DNA of 64,000 nucleotides, from NCBI GenBank assembly GCA_964016885.1, contig OZ024744.1, positions 101,060,001 through 101,124,000 on the forward strand, given 5' to 3'. Source of the DNA: Eledone cirrhosa (lineage: Eukaryota). Below the pieces are notes generated by a model that worked only from the letters and a program-made list of their open reading frames with translations, ran no database searches and was not told where the DNA came from. This document shows, piece after piece, positions 21,601 through 37,200 of the stretch (position 1 is its first letter; each line of letters opens with the position of its first letter). Position numbers and translations under genes: made by a program.

Positions 21601-24600
21601 ACTGTTGTCAGCTCCCATTTGATGTAAAGGTTAACACTAAAGTTATTGTATATAGTTCCTAATTTGGACAGAGACTGTTGTCAGCTCCCATTTGATGTAA
21701 AGGTTAACACTAAAGTTATTGTATATAGTTCCTAATTTGGACAGAGACAGTTGTCAGCTCCAATTTGATGTAAAGGTTAACACTAAAGTTATTGTATATA
21801 GTTCCTAATTTGGAAAGGGACTGTTGTCAGCTCCCATTTGATGTAAAGGTTAACACTAAAGTTATTGTATATAGTTCCTAATTTGGACAGAGACTGTTGT
21901 CAGCTCCCATTTGATGTAAAGGTTAACACTAAAGTTATTGTATATAGTTCCTAATTTGGACAGAGACTGTTGTCAGCTCCCATTTGATGTAAAGGTTAAC
22001 ACTAAAGTTATTGTATATAGTTCCTAATTTGGACAGAGACAGTTGTCAGCTCCCATTTGGTGTAATGGTTAACACTAAAGTTATTGTATATAGTTCCTAA
22101 TTTGGACAGAGACAGTTGTCAGCTCCCATTTGGTGTAATGGTTAACACTAAAGTTATTGTATATAGTTCCTAATTTGGACAGAGACAGTTGTCAGCTCCT
22201 ATTTGGTGTAATGGTTAACAGTAAAGTTATTGTATATAGTTCCTAATTTGGACAGAGACTGTTGTCAGCTCCCATTTGGTGTAAAGGTTAACACTAAAGT
22301 TATTGTATAGTTCCTAATTTGGACAGAGACTGTTGTCAGCTCCCATTTGGTGTAATGGTTAACACTAAAGTTATTGTATATAGTTCCTAATTTGGACAGA
22401 GACTGTTGTCAGCTCCCATTTGGTGTAAAGGTTAACACTAAAGTTATTGTATAGTTCCTAATTTGGACAGGGTCTGTTGTCAGCTCCCATTTGGTGTAAA
22501 GGTTAACACTAAAGTTATTGTATATAGTTCCTAATTTGGACAGGGACTGTTGTCAGCTCCCATTTGGTGTAAAGGTTAACACTAAAGTTATTGTACATAG
22601 TCCCTAATTTTGACAGGGATTGTTGTCAACTCCCCTTTGGTTTAAAGGTTAACACTAAAGTTATTATATATAGTTCCTAATTTGGACAGAGACTGTTGTC
22701 AGCTCCCATTTGGTGTAAAGGTTAACACTAAAGTTATTGTATATAGTTCCTAATTTGGACAGGGACTGTTGTCAGCTCCCATTTGGTGTAAAGGTTAACA
22801 CTAAAGTTATTGTATATAGTTCCTAATTTGGACAGAGACTGTTGTCAGCTCCCATTTGGTGTAAAGGTTAACACTAAAGTGATCGTATATAGTTCCTAAT
22901 TTGGACAGAGACTGTTGTCAGCTCCCATTTGGTGTAAAGGTTAACACTAAAGTTATTGTATATAGTTCCTAATTTGGACAGGGACTGTTGTCAGCTCCCA
23001 TTTGGTGTAAAGGTTAACACTAAAGTTATTGTATATAGTTACTAATTTGGACAGAGACTGTTGTCAGCTCCCATATGGTGTAAAGGTTAACACTAAAGTT
23101 ATTGTATATAGTTCCTAATTTGGACAGAGACAGTTGTCAGCTCCCATTTGGTGTAAAGGTTAACACTAAAGTTATTGTATATAGTTACTAATTTGGACAG
23201 AGACTGTTGTCAGCTCCCATTTGGTGTAAAGGTTAACACTAAAGTTATTGTATATAGTTCCTAATTTGGACAGAGACAGTTGTCAGCTCCCATTTGGTGT
23301 AAAGGTTAACACTAAAGTTATTGTATATAGTTCCTAATTTGGACAGAGACAGTTGTCAGCTCCCATTTGGTGTAAAGGTTAACACTAAAGTTATTGTATA
23401 TAGTTCCTAATTTGGACAGAGACAGTTGTCAGCTCCCATTTGGTGTAAAGGTTAACACTAAAGTTATTGTATATAGTTACTAATTTGGACAGAGACTGTT
23501 GTCAGCTCCCATTTGGTGTAAAGGTTAACACTAAAGTTATTGTATATAGTTCCTAATTTGAACAGAGACTGTTGTCAGCTCCCATATGGTGTAAAGGTTA
23601 ACACTAAAGTTATTGTATATAGTTCCTATTTTGGACAGAGACTGTTGTCAGCTCCCATTTGGAGTAAAGGTTAACACTAAAGTTATTGTATATAGTCCCT
23701 AATTTGGACAGAGACTGTTGTCAGCTCCCATTTGGTGTAAAGGTTAACACTAAAGTTATTGTATAGTTCCTAATTTGGACAGAGACTGTTGTCAGCTCCC
23801 ATTTGGTGTAAAGGTTAACACTAAAGTTATTGTATATAGTCCCTAATTTGGACAGGGACTGTTGTCAGCTCCCATTTGGTGTAAAGGTTAACACTAAAGT
23901 TATTGTATAGTTCCTAATTTGGACAGGGACTGTTGTCAGCTCCCATTTGGTGTAAAGGTTAACACTAAAGTTATTGTATAGTTCCTAATTTGGACAGGGA
24001 CTGTTGTCAGCTCCCATTTGGTGTAAAGGTTAACACTAAAGTTATTGTACATAGTCCCTAATTTTGACAGGGATTGTTGTCAACTCCCCTTTGGTTTAAA
24101 GGTTAACACTAAAGTTATTATATATAGTTCCTAATTTGGACAGAGACTGTTGTCAGCTCCCATTTGGTGTAAAGGTTAACACTAAAGTTATTGTATATAG
24201 TTCCTAATTTGGACAGGGACTGTTGTCAGCTCCCATTTGGTGTAAAGGTTAACACTAAAGTTATTGTATATAGTTCCTAATTTGGACAGAGACTGTTGTC
24301 AGCTCCCATTTGGTGTAAAGGTTAACACTAAAGTGATCGTATATAGTTCCTAATTTGGACAGAGACTGTTGTCAGCTCCCATTTGGTGTAAAGGTTAACA
24401 CTAAAGTTATTGTATATAGTTCCTAATTTGGACAGAGACAGTTGTCAGCTCCCATTTGGTGTAAAGGTTAACACTAAAGTTATTGTATATAGTTACTAAT
24501 TTGGACAGAGACTGTTGTCAGCTCCCATATGGTGTAAAGGTTAACACTAAAGTTATTGTATATAGTTCCTAATTTGGACAGAGACAGTTGTCAGCTCCCA

Positions 24601-27600
24601 TTTGGTGTAAAGGTTAACACTAAAGTTATTGTATATAGTTACTAATTTGGACAGAGACTGTTGTCAGCTCCCATTTGGTGTAAAGGTTAACACTAAAGTT
24701 ATTGTATATAGTTCCTAATTTGGACAGAGACAGTTGTCAGCTCCCATTTGGTGTAAAGGTTAACACTAAAGTTATTGTATATAGTTCCTAATTTGGACAG
24801 AGACAGTTGTCAGCTCCCATTTGGTGTAAAGGTTAACACTAAAGTTATTGTATATAGTTCCTAATTTGGACAGAGACAGTTGTCAGCTCCCATTTGGTGT
24901 AAAGGTTAACACTAAAGTTATTGTATATAGTTACTAATTTGGACAGAGACTGTTGTCAGCTCCCATTTGGTGTAAAGGTTAACACTAAAGTTATTGTATA
25001 TAGTTCCTAATTTGAACAGAGACTGTTGTCAGCTCCCATATGGTGTAAAGGTTAACACTAAAGTTATTGTATATAGTTCCTATTTTGGACAGAGACTGTT
25101 GTCAGCTCCCATTTGGAGTAAAGGTTAACACTAAAGTTATTGTATATAGTCCCTAATTTGGACAGAGACTGTTGTCAGCTCCCATTTGGTGTAAAGGTTA
25201 ACACTAAAGTTATTGTATAGTTCCTAATTTGGACAGAGACTGTTGTCAGCTCCCATTTGGTGTAAAGGTTAACACTAAAGTTATTGTATATAGTCCCTAA
25301 TTTGGACAGGGACTGTTGTTAGCTCCCATTTGGTGTAAAGGTTAACACTAAAGTTATTGTATAGTTCCTAATTTGGACAGGGACTGTTGTTAGCTCACAT
25401 TTGGTGTAAAGGTTAACACTAAAGTTATTGTATATAGTCCCTAATTTTGACAGGGATTGTTGTCAACTCCCATTTGGTGTAAAGGTTAACACTAAAGTTA
25501 TTATATATAGTTCCTAATTTGGACAGAGACTGTTGTCAGCTCCCAATTTGGTGTAAAGGTTATCACTAAAGTTATTGTATATAGTTCCTAATTTGGACAG
25601 GGACTGTTGTCAGCTCCCATTTGGTGTAAAGGTTAACACTAAAGTGATCGTATATTGTTCCTAATTTGGACAGAGACTGTTGTCAGCTCCCAGTTGGTGT
25701 AAAGGTTAACACTAAATTTATTGTATATAGTTCCTAATTTGGACAGAGGCTGTTGTCAGCTCCCATTTGGTGTAAAGGTTAACACTAAAGTTATTGTATA
25801 TAGTTCCTAATTTGGACAGAGACAGTTGTCAGCTCCCATTTGGTGTAAAGGTTAACACTAAAGTTATTGTATATAGTTCCTAATTTGAACAGAGACTGTC
25901 GTCAGCTCCCATATGGTGTAAAGTTTAACACTAAAGTTATTGTATATAGTTCCTATTTTGGACAGAGACTGTTGTCAGCTCCCATTTGGAGTAAAGGTTA
26001 ACACTGAAGTTATTGTATATAGTTCCTATTTTGGACAGAGACTGTTGTCAGCTCCCATTTGGAGTAAAGGTTAACACTAAAGTTATTGTATATAGTCCCT
26101 AATTTGGACAGAGACTGTTGTCAGCTCCCATTTGGTGTAAAGGTTAACACTAAAGTTATTGTATAGTTCCTAATTTGGACAGAGACTGTTGTCAGCTCCC
26201 ATTTGGTGTAAAGGTTAACACTAAAGTTATTGTATATAGTCCCTAATTTGGACAGAGACTGTTGTCAGCTCTCATTTGGTGTAAAGTTTAACACTAAAGT
26301 TATTGTATATAGTTCCTATTTTGGACAGAGACTGTTGTCAGCTCCCATTTGGAGTAAAGGTTAACACTAAAGTTATTGTATATAGTCCCTAATTTGGACA
26401 GAGACTGTTGTCAGCTCCCATTTGGTGTAAAGGTTAACACTAAAGTTATTGTATAGTTCCTAATTTGGACAGAGACTGTTGTCAGCTCCCATTTGGTGTA
26501 AAGGTTAACACTAAAGTTATTGTATATAGTCCCTAATTTGGACAGAGACTGTTGTCAGCTCCCATTTGGTGTAAAGGTTAACACTAAAGTTATTGTATAG
26601 TTCCTAATTTGGACAGAGACTGTTGTCAGCTCCCATTTGGTGTAAAGGTTAACACTAAAGTTATTGTATATAGTTCCTAATTTAGACAGGGACTGTTGTC
26701 AGCTCCCATTTGGTGTAAAGGTTAACACTAAAGTTATTGTATAGTTCCTAATTTGGACAGGGACTGTTGTTAGCTCCCATTTGGTGTAAAGGTTAACACT
26801 AAAGTTATTGTATATAGTTCCTAATTTGGACAGAGACTGTTGTCAGCTCCCATTTGGTGTAAAGGTTAACACTAAAGTTATTGTATATAGTTCCTAATTT
26901 GGACAGAGACTGTTGTCAGCTCCCATTTGGTGTAAAGGTTAACACTAAAGTTATTGTATATAGTTCCTAATTTGGACAGAGACTGTTGTCAGTTCCCGTT
27001 TGGTGTAAAGGTTAACACTAAAGTTATTGTATATAGTTCCTAATTTGGACAGAGACTGTTGTTAGCTCCCATTTGGTGTAAAGGTTAACACTAAAGTTAT
27101 TGTATATAGTTCCTATTTTGGACAGAGACTGTTGTCAGCTCCCATTTGGTGTAAAGGTTAACACTAAAGTTATTGTATATAGTTCCTATTTTGGACAGGG
27201 ACTGTTGTCAGCTCCCATTTGGTGTAAAGGTTAACACTAAAGTATTTGTATATAGTTCCTAATTTGGACAAAGACAGTTGTCAGCTCCCATTTGGTGTAA
27301 AGGTTAACACTAAAGTTATTGTATATAGTTCCTATTTTGGACAGGGACTGTTGTCAGCTCCCATTTGGTGTAAAGGTTAACACTAAAGTATTTGTATATA
27401 GTCCCTAATTTGGACAGAGACTGTTGTCAGCTCCCATTTGGTGTAAAGGTTAACACTAAAGTTATTGTATATAGTTCCTAATTTGGACAAAGACAGTTGT
27501 CAGCTCCCATTTGGTGTAAAGGTCAACACTAAAGTTATTGTATATAGTTCCTATTTTGGACAGGGACTGTTGTCAGCTCCCATTTGGTGTAAAGTTAACA

Positions 27601-28229
27601 CTAAAGTTATTGTATATAGTTCCTAATTTGGACAGGGACTGTTGTCAGCTCCCATTCGGTGTACAGGTTATCACTAAAGTTATTGTATATAGTTCCTAAT
27701 TTAGACAGGGACTGTTGTCAGCTCCCATTTGGTGTAAAGGTTAACACTAAAGTTATTGTATATAGTTCCTAATTTGGACAGAGATTGTTGTCAGCTCCCA
27801 TTTGGTGTAAAGGTTAACACTAAAGTTATTGTATATTGTTCCTAATTTGGACAGAGATTGTTGTCAGCTCCCATTTGGTGTAAAGGCTAACACTAAAGTT
27901 ATTGTATATAGTTCCTATTTTGGACAGGGACTGTTGTCAGCTCCCATTTGGTGTAAAGGTTAACACTAAAGTTATTGTATATAGTTCCTATTTTGGACAG
28001 GGACTGTTGTCAGCTCCCATTTGGTGTAAAGGCTAACACTAAAGTTATTGTATATAGTTCCTATTTTGGACAGGGACTGTTGTCAGCTCCCATTTGGTGT
28101 AAAGGTTAACACTAAAGTTATTGTATATAGTTCCTATTTTGGACAGGGACTGTTGTCAGCTCCCATTTGGTGTAAAGGCTAACACTAAAGTTATTGTATA
28201 TAGTCCCTAATTTGGACAGGGACTGTTGT

Positions 28230-31200
28230 CAGCTCCCATTTGGTGTAAAGGTTAACACTAAAGTTATTGTATAGTTCCTAATTTGGACAGGGTCTGTTGT
28301 CAGCTCCCATTTGGTGTAAAGGTTAACACTAAAGTTATTGTATATAGTTCCTAATTTGGACAGGGACTGTTGTCAGCTCCCATTTGGTGTAAAGGTTAAC
28401 ACTAAAGTTATTGTACATAGTCCCTAATTTTGACAGGGATTGTTGTCAACTCCCCTTTGGTTTAAAGGTTAACACTAAAGTTATTATATATAGTTCCTAA
28501 TTTGGATAGAGACTGTTGTCAGCTCCCATTTGGTGTAAAGGTTAACACTAAAGTTATTGTATATAGTTCCTAATTTGGATAGGGACTGTTGTCAGCTCCC
28601 ATTTGGTGTAAAGGTTAACACTAAAGTTATTGTATATAGTTCCTAATTTGGACAGAGACTGTTGTCAGCTCCCATTTGGTGTAAAGGTTAACACTAAAGT
28701 GATCGTATATAGTTCCTAATTTGGACAGAGACTGTTGTCAGCTCCCATTTGGTGTAAAGGTTAATACTAAAGTTATTGTATATAGTTCCTAATTTGGACA
28801 GAGACAGTTGTCAGCTCCCATTTGGTGTAAAGGTTAACACTAAAGTTATTGTATATAGTTACTAATTTGGACAGAGACTGTTGTCAGCTCCCATATGGTG
28901 TAAAGGTTAACACTAAAGTTATTGTATATAGTTCCTAATTTGGACAGAGACAGTTGTCAGCTCCCATTTGGTGTAAAGGTTAACACTAAAGTTATTGTAT
29001 ATAGTTACTAATTTGGACAGAGACTGTTGTCAGCTCCCATTTGGTGTAAAGGTTAACACTAAAGTTATTGTATATAGTTCCTAATTTGGACAGAGACAGT
29101 TGTCAGCTCCCATTTGGTGTAAAGGTTAACACTAAAGTTATTGTATATAGTTCCTAATTTGGACAGAGACAGTTGTCAGCTCCCATTTGGTGTAAAGGTT
29201 AACACTAAAGTTATTGTATATAGTTCCTAATTTGGACAGAGACAGTTGTCAGCTCCCATTTGGTGTAAAGGTTAACACTAAAGTTATTGTATATAGTTAC
29301 TAATTTGGACAGAGACTGTTGTCAGCTCCCATTTGGTGTAAAGGTTAACACTAAAGTTATTGTATATAGTTCCTAATTTGAACAGAGACTGTTGTCAGCT
29401 CCCATATGGTGTAAAGGTTAACACTAAAGTTATTGTATATAGTTCCTATTTTGGACAGAGACTGTTGTCAGCTCCCATTTGGAGTAAAGGTTAACACTAA
29501 AGTTATTGTATATAGTCCCTAATTTGGACAGAGACTGTTGTCAGCTCCCATTTGGTGTAAAGGTTAACACTAAAGTTATTGTATAGTTCCTAATTTGGAC
29601 AGAGACTGTTGTCAGCTCCCATTTGGTGTAAAGGTTAACACTAAAGTTATTGTATATAGTCCCTAATTTGGACAGGGACTGTTGTCAGCTCCCATTTGGT
29701 GTAAAGGTTAACACTAAAGTTATTGTATAGTTCCTAATTTGGACAGGGACTGTTGTTAGCTCACATTTGGTGTAAAGGTTAACACTAAAGTTATTGTATA
29801 TAGTCCCTAATTTTGACAGGGATTGTTGTCAACTCCCATTTGGTGTAAAGGTTAACACTAAAGTTATTATATATAGTTCCTAATTTGGACAGAGACTGTT
29901 GTCAGCTCCCAATTTGGTGTAAAGGTTAACACTAAAGTTATTGTATATAGTTCCTAATTTGGACAGGGACTGTTGTCAGCTCCCATTTGGTGTAAAGGTT
30001 AACACTAAAGTGATCGTATATTGTTCCTAATTTGGACAGAGACTGTTGTCAGCTCCCAGTTGGTGTAAAGGTTAACACTAAATTTATTGTATATAGTTCC
30101 TAATTTGGACAGAGGCTGTTGTCAGCTCCCATTTGGTGTAAAGGTTAACACTAAAGTTATTGTATATAGTTCCTAATTTGGACAGAGACAGTTGTCAGCT
30201 CCCATTTGGTGTAAAGGTTAACACTAAAGTTATTGTATATAGTTCCTAATTTGAACAGAGACTGTCGTCAGCTCCCATATGGTGTAAAGTTTAACACTAA
30301 AGTTATTGTATATAGTTCCTATTTTGGACAGAGACTGTTGTCAGCTCCCATTTGGAGTAAAGGTTAACACTAAAGTTATTGTATATAGTTCCTATTTTGG
30401 ACAGAGACTGTTGTCAGCTCCCATTTGGAGTAAAGGTTAACACTAAAGTTATTGTATATAGTCCCTAATTTGGACAGAGACTGTTGTCAGCTCCCATTTG
30501 GTGTAAAGGTTAACACTAAAGTTATTGTATAGTTCCTAATTTGGACAGAGACTGTTGTCAGCTCCCATTTGGTGTAAAGGTTAACACTAAAGTTATTGTA
30601 TATAGTCCCTAATTTGGACAGAGACTGTTGTCAGCTCTCATTTGGTGTAAAGTTTAACACTAAAGTTATTGTATATAGTTCCTATTTTGGACAGAGACTG
30701 TTGTCAGCTCCCATTTGGAGTAAAGGTTAACACTAAAGTTATTGTATATAGTCCCTAATTTGGACAGAGACTGTTGTCAGCTCCCATTTGGTGTAAAGGT
30801 TAACACTAAAGTTATTGTATAGTTCCTAATTTGGACAGAGACTGTTGTCAGCTCCCATTTGGTGTAAAGGTTAACACTAAAGTTATTGTATATAGTCCCT
30901 AATTTGGACAGAGACTGTTGTCAGCTCCCATTTGGTGTAAAGGTTAACACTAAAGTTATTGTATAGTTCCTAATTTGGACAGAGACTGTTGTCAGCTCCC
31001 ATTTGGTGTAAAGGTTAACACTAAAGTTATTGTATATAGTTCCTAATTTGGACAGGGACTGTTGTCAGCTCCCATTTGGTGTAAAGGTTAACACTAAAGT
31101 TATTGTATATAGTTCCTAATTTAGACAGGGACTGTTGTCAGCTCCCATTTGGTGTGAAGGTTAACACTAAAGTTATTGTATAGTTCCTAATTTGGACAGG

Positions 31201-34200
31201 GACTGTTGTTAGCTCCCATTTGGTGTAAAGGTTAACACTAAAGTTATTGTATATAGTTCCTAATTTGGACAGAGACTGTTGTCAGCTCCCATTTGGTGTA
31301 AAGGTTAACACTAAAGTTATTGTATATAGTTCCTAATTTGGACAGAGACTGTTGTCAGCTCCCATTTGGTGTAAAGGTTAACACTAAAGTTATTGTATAT
31401 AGTTCCTAATTTGGACAGAGACTGTTGTCAGTTCCCGTTTGGTGTAAAGGTTAACACTAAAGTTATTGTATATAGTTCCTAATTTGGACAGAGACTGTTG
31501 TCAGCTCCCATTTGGTGTAAAGGTTAACACTAAAGTTATTGTATATAGTTCCTATTTTGGACAGGGACTGTTGTCAGCTCCCATTTGGTGTAAAGGTTAA
31601 CACTAAAGTATTTGTATATAGTTCCTAATTTGGACAAAGACAGTTGTCAGCTCCCATTTGGTGTAAAGCTTAACACTAAAGTTATTGTATATAGTTCCTA
31701 TTTTGGACAGGGACTGTTGTCAGCTCCCATTTGGTGTAAAGGTTAACACTAAAGTATTTGTATATAGTTCCTAATTTGGACAAAGACAGTTGTCAGCTCC
31801 CATTTGGTGTAAAGGTTAACACTAAAGTTATTGTATATAGTCCCTAATTTTGACAGGGACTGTTGTCAGCTCCCATTTAGTGTAAAGGTTAACACTAAAG
31901 TTATTGTATATAGTTCCTAATTTGAACAGAGACTGTTGTCAGCTCCCATTTGGTGTAAAGGTTAACACTAAAGTTATTGTATATAGTTTTTAATTTGGAC
32001 AGGGACTGTTGTCAGCTCCCATTTGGTGTAAAGGTTATCACTAAAGTTATTGTATATAGTTCCTAATTTGGACAGGGACTGTTGTCAGCTCCTATTTGGT
32101 GTAAAGGTTAACACTAAAGTTATTGTATATAGTTCCTATTTTGGACAGGGACTGTTGTCAGCTCCCATTTGGTGTAAAGGTTAACACTAAAGTTATTGTA
32201 TATAGTTCCTAATTTGGACAGAGACTGTTGTCAGCTCCCATTTGATGTAAAGGTTAACACTAAAGTTATTGTATATAGTTCCTAATTTGGACAGAGACTG
32301 TTGTCAGCTCCCATTTGGTGTAAAGGTTAACACTAAAGTTATTGTATATAGTTCCTAATTTGGACAGAGACTGTTGTCAGCTCCCATTTGGTGTAAAGTT
32401 AACACTAAAGTTATTGTATATAGTTCCTAATTTGGACAGGGACTGTTGTCAGCTCCCATTCGGTGTAAAGGTTATCACTAAAGTTATTGTATATAGTTCC
32501 TAATTTAGACAGGGACTGTTGTCAGCTCCCATTTGGTGTAAAGGTTAACACTAAAGTTATTGTATATAGTTCCTAATTTGGACAGAGATTGTTGTCAGCT
32601 CCCATTTGGTGTAAAGGTTAACACTAAAGTTATTGTATATTGTTCCTAATTTGGACAGAGATTGTTGTCAGCTCCCATTTGGTGTAAAGGCTAACACTAA
32701 AGTTATTGTATATAGTTCCTATTTTGGACAGGGACTGTTGTCAGCTCCCATTTGGTGTAAAGGTTAACACTAAAGTTATTGTATATAGTTCCTATTTTGG
32801 ACAGGGACTGTTGTCAGCTCCCATTTGGTGTAAAGGCTAACACTAAAGTTATTGTATATAGTTCCTATTTTGGACAGGGACTGTTGTCAGCTCCCATTTG
32901 GTGTAAAGGTTAACACTAAAGTTATTGTATAGTTCCTAATTTGGACAGGGTCTGTTGTCAGCTCCCATTTGGTGTAAAGGTTAACACTAAAGTTATTGTA
33001 TATAGTTCCTAATTTGGACAGGGACTGTTGTCAGCTCCCATTTGGTGTAAAGGTTAACACTAAAGTTATTGTACATAGTCCCTAATTTTGACAGGGATTG
33101 TTGTCAACTCCCCTTTGGTTTAAAGGTTAACACTAAAGTTATTATATATAGTTCCTAATTTGGATAGAGACTGTTGTCAGCTCCCATTTGGTGTAAAGGT
33201 TAACACTAAAGTTATTGTATATAGTTCCTAATTTGGATAGGGACTGTTGTCAGCTCCCATTTGGTGTAAAGGTTAACACTAAAGTTATTGTATATAGTTC
33301 CTAATTTGGACAGAGACTGTTGTCAGCTCCCATTTGGTGTAAAGGTTAACACTAAAGTGATCGTATATAGTTCCTAATTTGGACAGAGACTGTTGTCAGC
33401 TCCCATTTGGTGTAAAGGTTAATACTAAAGTTATTGTATATAGTTCCTAATTTGGACAGAGACAGTTGTCAGCTCCCATTTGGTGTAAAGGTTAACACTA
33501 AAGTTATTGTATATAGTTACTAATTTGGACAGAGACTGTTGTCAGCTCCCATATGGTGTAAAGGTTAACACTAAAGTTATTGTATATAGTTCCTAATTTG
33601 GACAGAGACAGTTGTCAGCTCCCATTTGGTGTAAAGGTTAACACTAAAGTTATTGTATATAGTTACTAATTTGGACAGAGACTGTTGTCAGCTCCCATTT
33701 GGTGTAAAGGTTAACACTAAAGTTATTGTATATAGTTCCTAATTTGGACAGAGACAGTTGTCAGCTCCCATTTGGTGTAAAGGTTAACACTAAAGTTATT
33801 GTATATAGTTCCTAATTTGGACAGAGACAGTTGTCAGCTCCCATTTGGTGTAAAGGTTAACACTAAAGTTATTGTATATAGTTCCTAATTTGGACAGAGA
33901 CAGTTGTCAGCTCCCATTTGGTGTAAAGGTTAACACTAAAGTTATTGTATATAGTTACTAATTTGGACAGAGACTGTTGTCAGCTCCCATTTGGTGTAAA
34001 GGTTAACACTAAAGTTATTGTATATAGTTCCTAATTTGAACAGAGACTGTTGTCAGCTCCCATATGGTGTAAAGGTTAACACTAAAGTTATTGTATATAG
34101 TTCCTATTTTGGACAGAGACTGTTGTCAGCTCCCATTTGGAGTAAAGGTTAACACTAAAGTTATTGTATATAGTCCCTAATTTGGACAGAGACTGTTGTC

Positions 34201-37200
34201 AGCTCCCATTTGGTGTAAAGGTTAACACTAAAGTTATTGTATAGTTCCTAATTTGGACAGAGACTGTTGTCAGCTCCCATTTGGTGTAAAGGTTAACACT
34301 AAAGTTATTGTATATAGTCCCTAATTTGGACAGGGACTGTTGTCAGCTCCCATTTGGTGTAAAGGTTAACACTAAAGTTATTGTATAGTTCCTAATTTGG
34401 ACAGGGACTGTTGTTAGCTCACATTTGGTGTAAAGGTTAACACTAAAGTTATTGTATATAGTCCCTAATTTTGACAGGGATTGTTGTCAACTCCCATTTG
34501 GTGTAAAGGTTAACACTAAAGTTATTATATATAGTTCCTAATTTGGACAGAGACTGTTGTCAGCTCCCAATTTGGTGTAAAGGTTAACACTAAAGTTATT
34601 GTATATAGTTCCTAATTTGGACAGGGACTGTTGTCAGCTCCCATTTGGTGTAAAGGTTAACACTAAAGTGATCGTATATTGTTCCTAATTTGGACAGAGA
34701 CTGTTGTCAGCTCCCAGTTGGTGTAAAGGTTAACACTAAATTTATTGTATATAGTTCCTAATTTGGACAGAGGCTGTTGTCAGCTCCCATTTGGTGTAAA
34801 GGTTAACACTAAAGTTATTGTATATAGTTCCTAATTTGGACAGAGACAGTTGTCAGCTCCCATTTGGTGTAAAGGTTAACACTAAAGTTATTGTATATAG
34901 TTCCTAATTTGAACAGAGACTGTCGTCAGCTCCCATATGGTGTAAAGTTTAACACTAAAGTTATTGTATATAGTTCCTATTTTGGACAGAGACTGTTGTC
35001 AGCTCCCATTTGGAGTAAAGGTTAACACTAAAGTTATTGTATATAGTTCCTATTTTGGACAGAGACTGTTGTCAGCTCCCATTTGGAGTAAAGGTTAACA
35101 CTAAAGTTATTGTATATAGTCCCTAATTTGGACAGAGACTGTTGTCAGCTCCCATTTGGTGTAAAGGTTAACACTAAAGTTATTGTATAGTTCCTAATTT
35201 GGACAGAGACTGTTGTCAGCTCCCATTTGGTGTAAAGGTTAACACTAAAGTTATTGTATATAGTCCCTAATTTGGACAGAGACTGTTGTCAGCTCTCATT
35301 TGGTGTAAAGTTTAACACTAAAGTTATTGTATATAGTTCCTATTTTGGACAGAGACTGTTGTCAGCTCCCATTTGGAGTAAAGGTTAACACTAAAGTTAT
35401 TGTATATAGTCCCTAATTTGGACAGAGACTGTTGTCAGCTCCCATTTGGTGTAAAGGTTAACACTAAAGTTATTGTATAGTTCCTAATTTGGACAGAGAC
35501 TGTTGTCAGCTCCCATTTGGTGTAAAGGTTAACACTAAAGTTATTGTATATAGTCCCTAATTTGGACAGAGACTGTTGTCAGCTCCCATTTGGTGTAAAG
35601 GTTAACACTAAAGTTATTGTATAGTTCCTAATTTGGACAGAGACTGTTGTCAGCTCCCATTTGGTGTAAAGGTTAACACTAAAGTTATTGTATATAGTTC
35701 CTAATTTGGACAGGGACTGTTGTCAGCTCCCATTTGGTGTAAAGGTTAACACTAAAGTTATTGTATATAGTTCCTAATTTAGACAGGGACTGTTGTCAGC
35801 TCCCATTTGGTGTAAAGGTTAACACTAAAGTTATTGTATAGTTCCTAATTTGGACAGGGACTGTTGTTAGCTCCCATTTGGTGTAAAGGTTAACACTAAA
35901 GTTATTGTATATAGTTCCTAATTTGGACAGAGACTGTTGTCAGCTCCCATTTGGTGTAAAGGTTAACACTAAAGTTATTGTATATAGTTCCTAATTTGGA
36001 CAGAGACTGTTGTCAGCTCCCATTTGGTGTAAAGGTTAACACTAAAGTTATTGTATATAGTTCCTAATTTGGACAGAGACTGTTGTCAGTTCCCGTTTGG
36101 TGTAAAGGTTAACACTAAAGTTATTGTATATAGTTCCTAATTTGGACAGAGACTGTTGTCAGCTCCCATTTGGTGTAAAGGTTAACACTAAAGTTATTGT
36201 ATATAGTTCCTATTTTGGACAGGGACTGTTGTCAGCTCCCATTTGGTGTAAAGGTTAACACTAAAGTATTTGTATATAGTTCCTAATTTGGACAAAGACA
36301 GTTGTCAGCTCCCATTTGGTGTAAAGCTTAACACTAAAGTTATTGTATATAGTTCCTATTTTGGACAGGGACTGTTGTCAGCTCCCATTTGGTGTAAAGG
36401 TTAACACTAAAGTATTTGTATATAGTTCCTAATTTGGACAAAGACAGTTGTCAGCTCCCATTTGGTGTAAAGGTTAACACTAAAGTTATTGTATATAGTC
36501 CCTAATTTTGACAGGGACTGTTGTCAGCTCCCATTTAGTGTAAAGGTTAACACTAAAGTTATTGTATATAGTTCCTAATTTGAACAGAGACTGTTGTCAG
36601 CTCCCATTTGGTGTAAAGGTTAACACTAAAGTTATTGTATATAGTTTTTAATTTGGACAGGGACTGTTGTCAGCTCCCATTTGGTGTAAAGGTTATCACT
36701 AAAGTTATTGTATATAGTTCCTAATTTGGACAGGGACTGTTGTCAGCTCCTATTTGGTGTAAAGGTTAACACTAAAGTTATTGTATATAGTTCCTATTTT
36801 GGACAGGGACTGTTGTCAGCTCCCATTTGGTGTAAAGGTTAACACTAAAGTTATTGTATATAGTTCCTAATTTGGACAGAGACTGTTGTCAGCTCCCATT
36901 TGATGTAAAGGTTAACACTAAAGTTATTGTATATAGTTCCTAATTTGGACAGAGACTGTTGTCAGCTCCCATTTGGTGTAAAGGTTAACACTAAAGTTAT
37001 TGTATATAGTTCCTAATTTGGACAGAGACTGTTGTCAGCTCCCATTTGGTGTAAAGTTAACACTAAAGTTATTGTATATAGTTCCTAATTTGGACAGGGA
37101 CTGTTGTCAGCTCCCATTCGGTGTAAAGGTTATCACTAAAGTTATTGTATATAGTTCCTAATTTAGACAGGGACTGTTGTCAGCTCCCATTTGGTGTAAA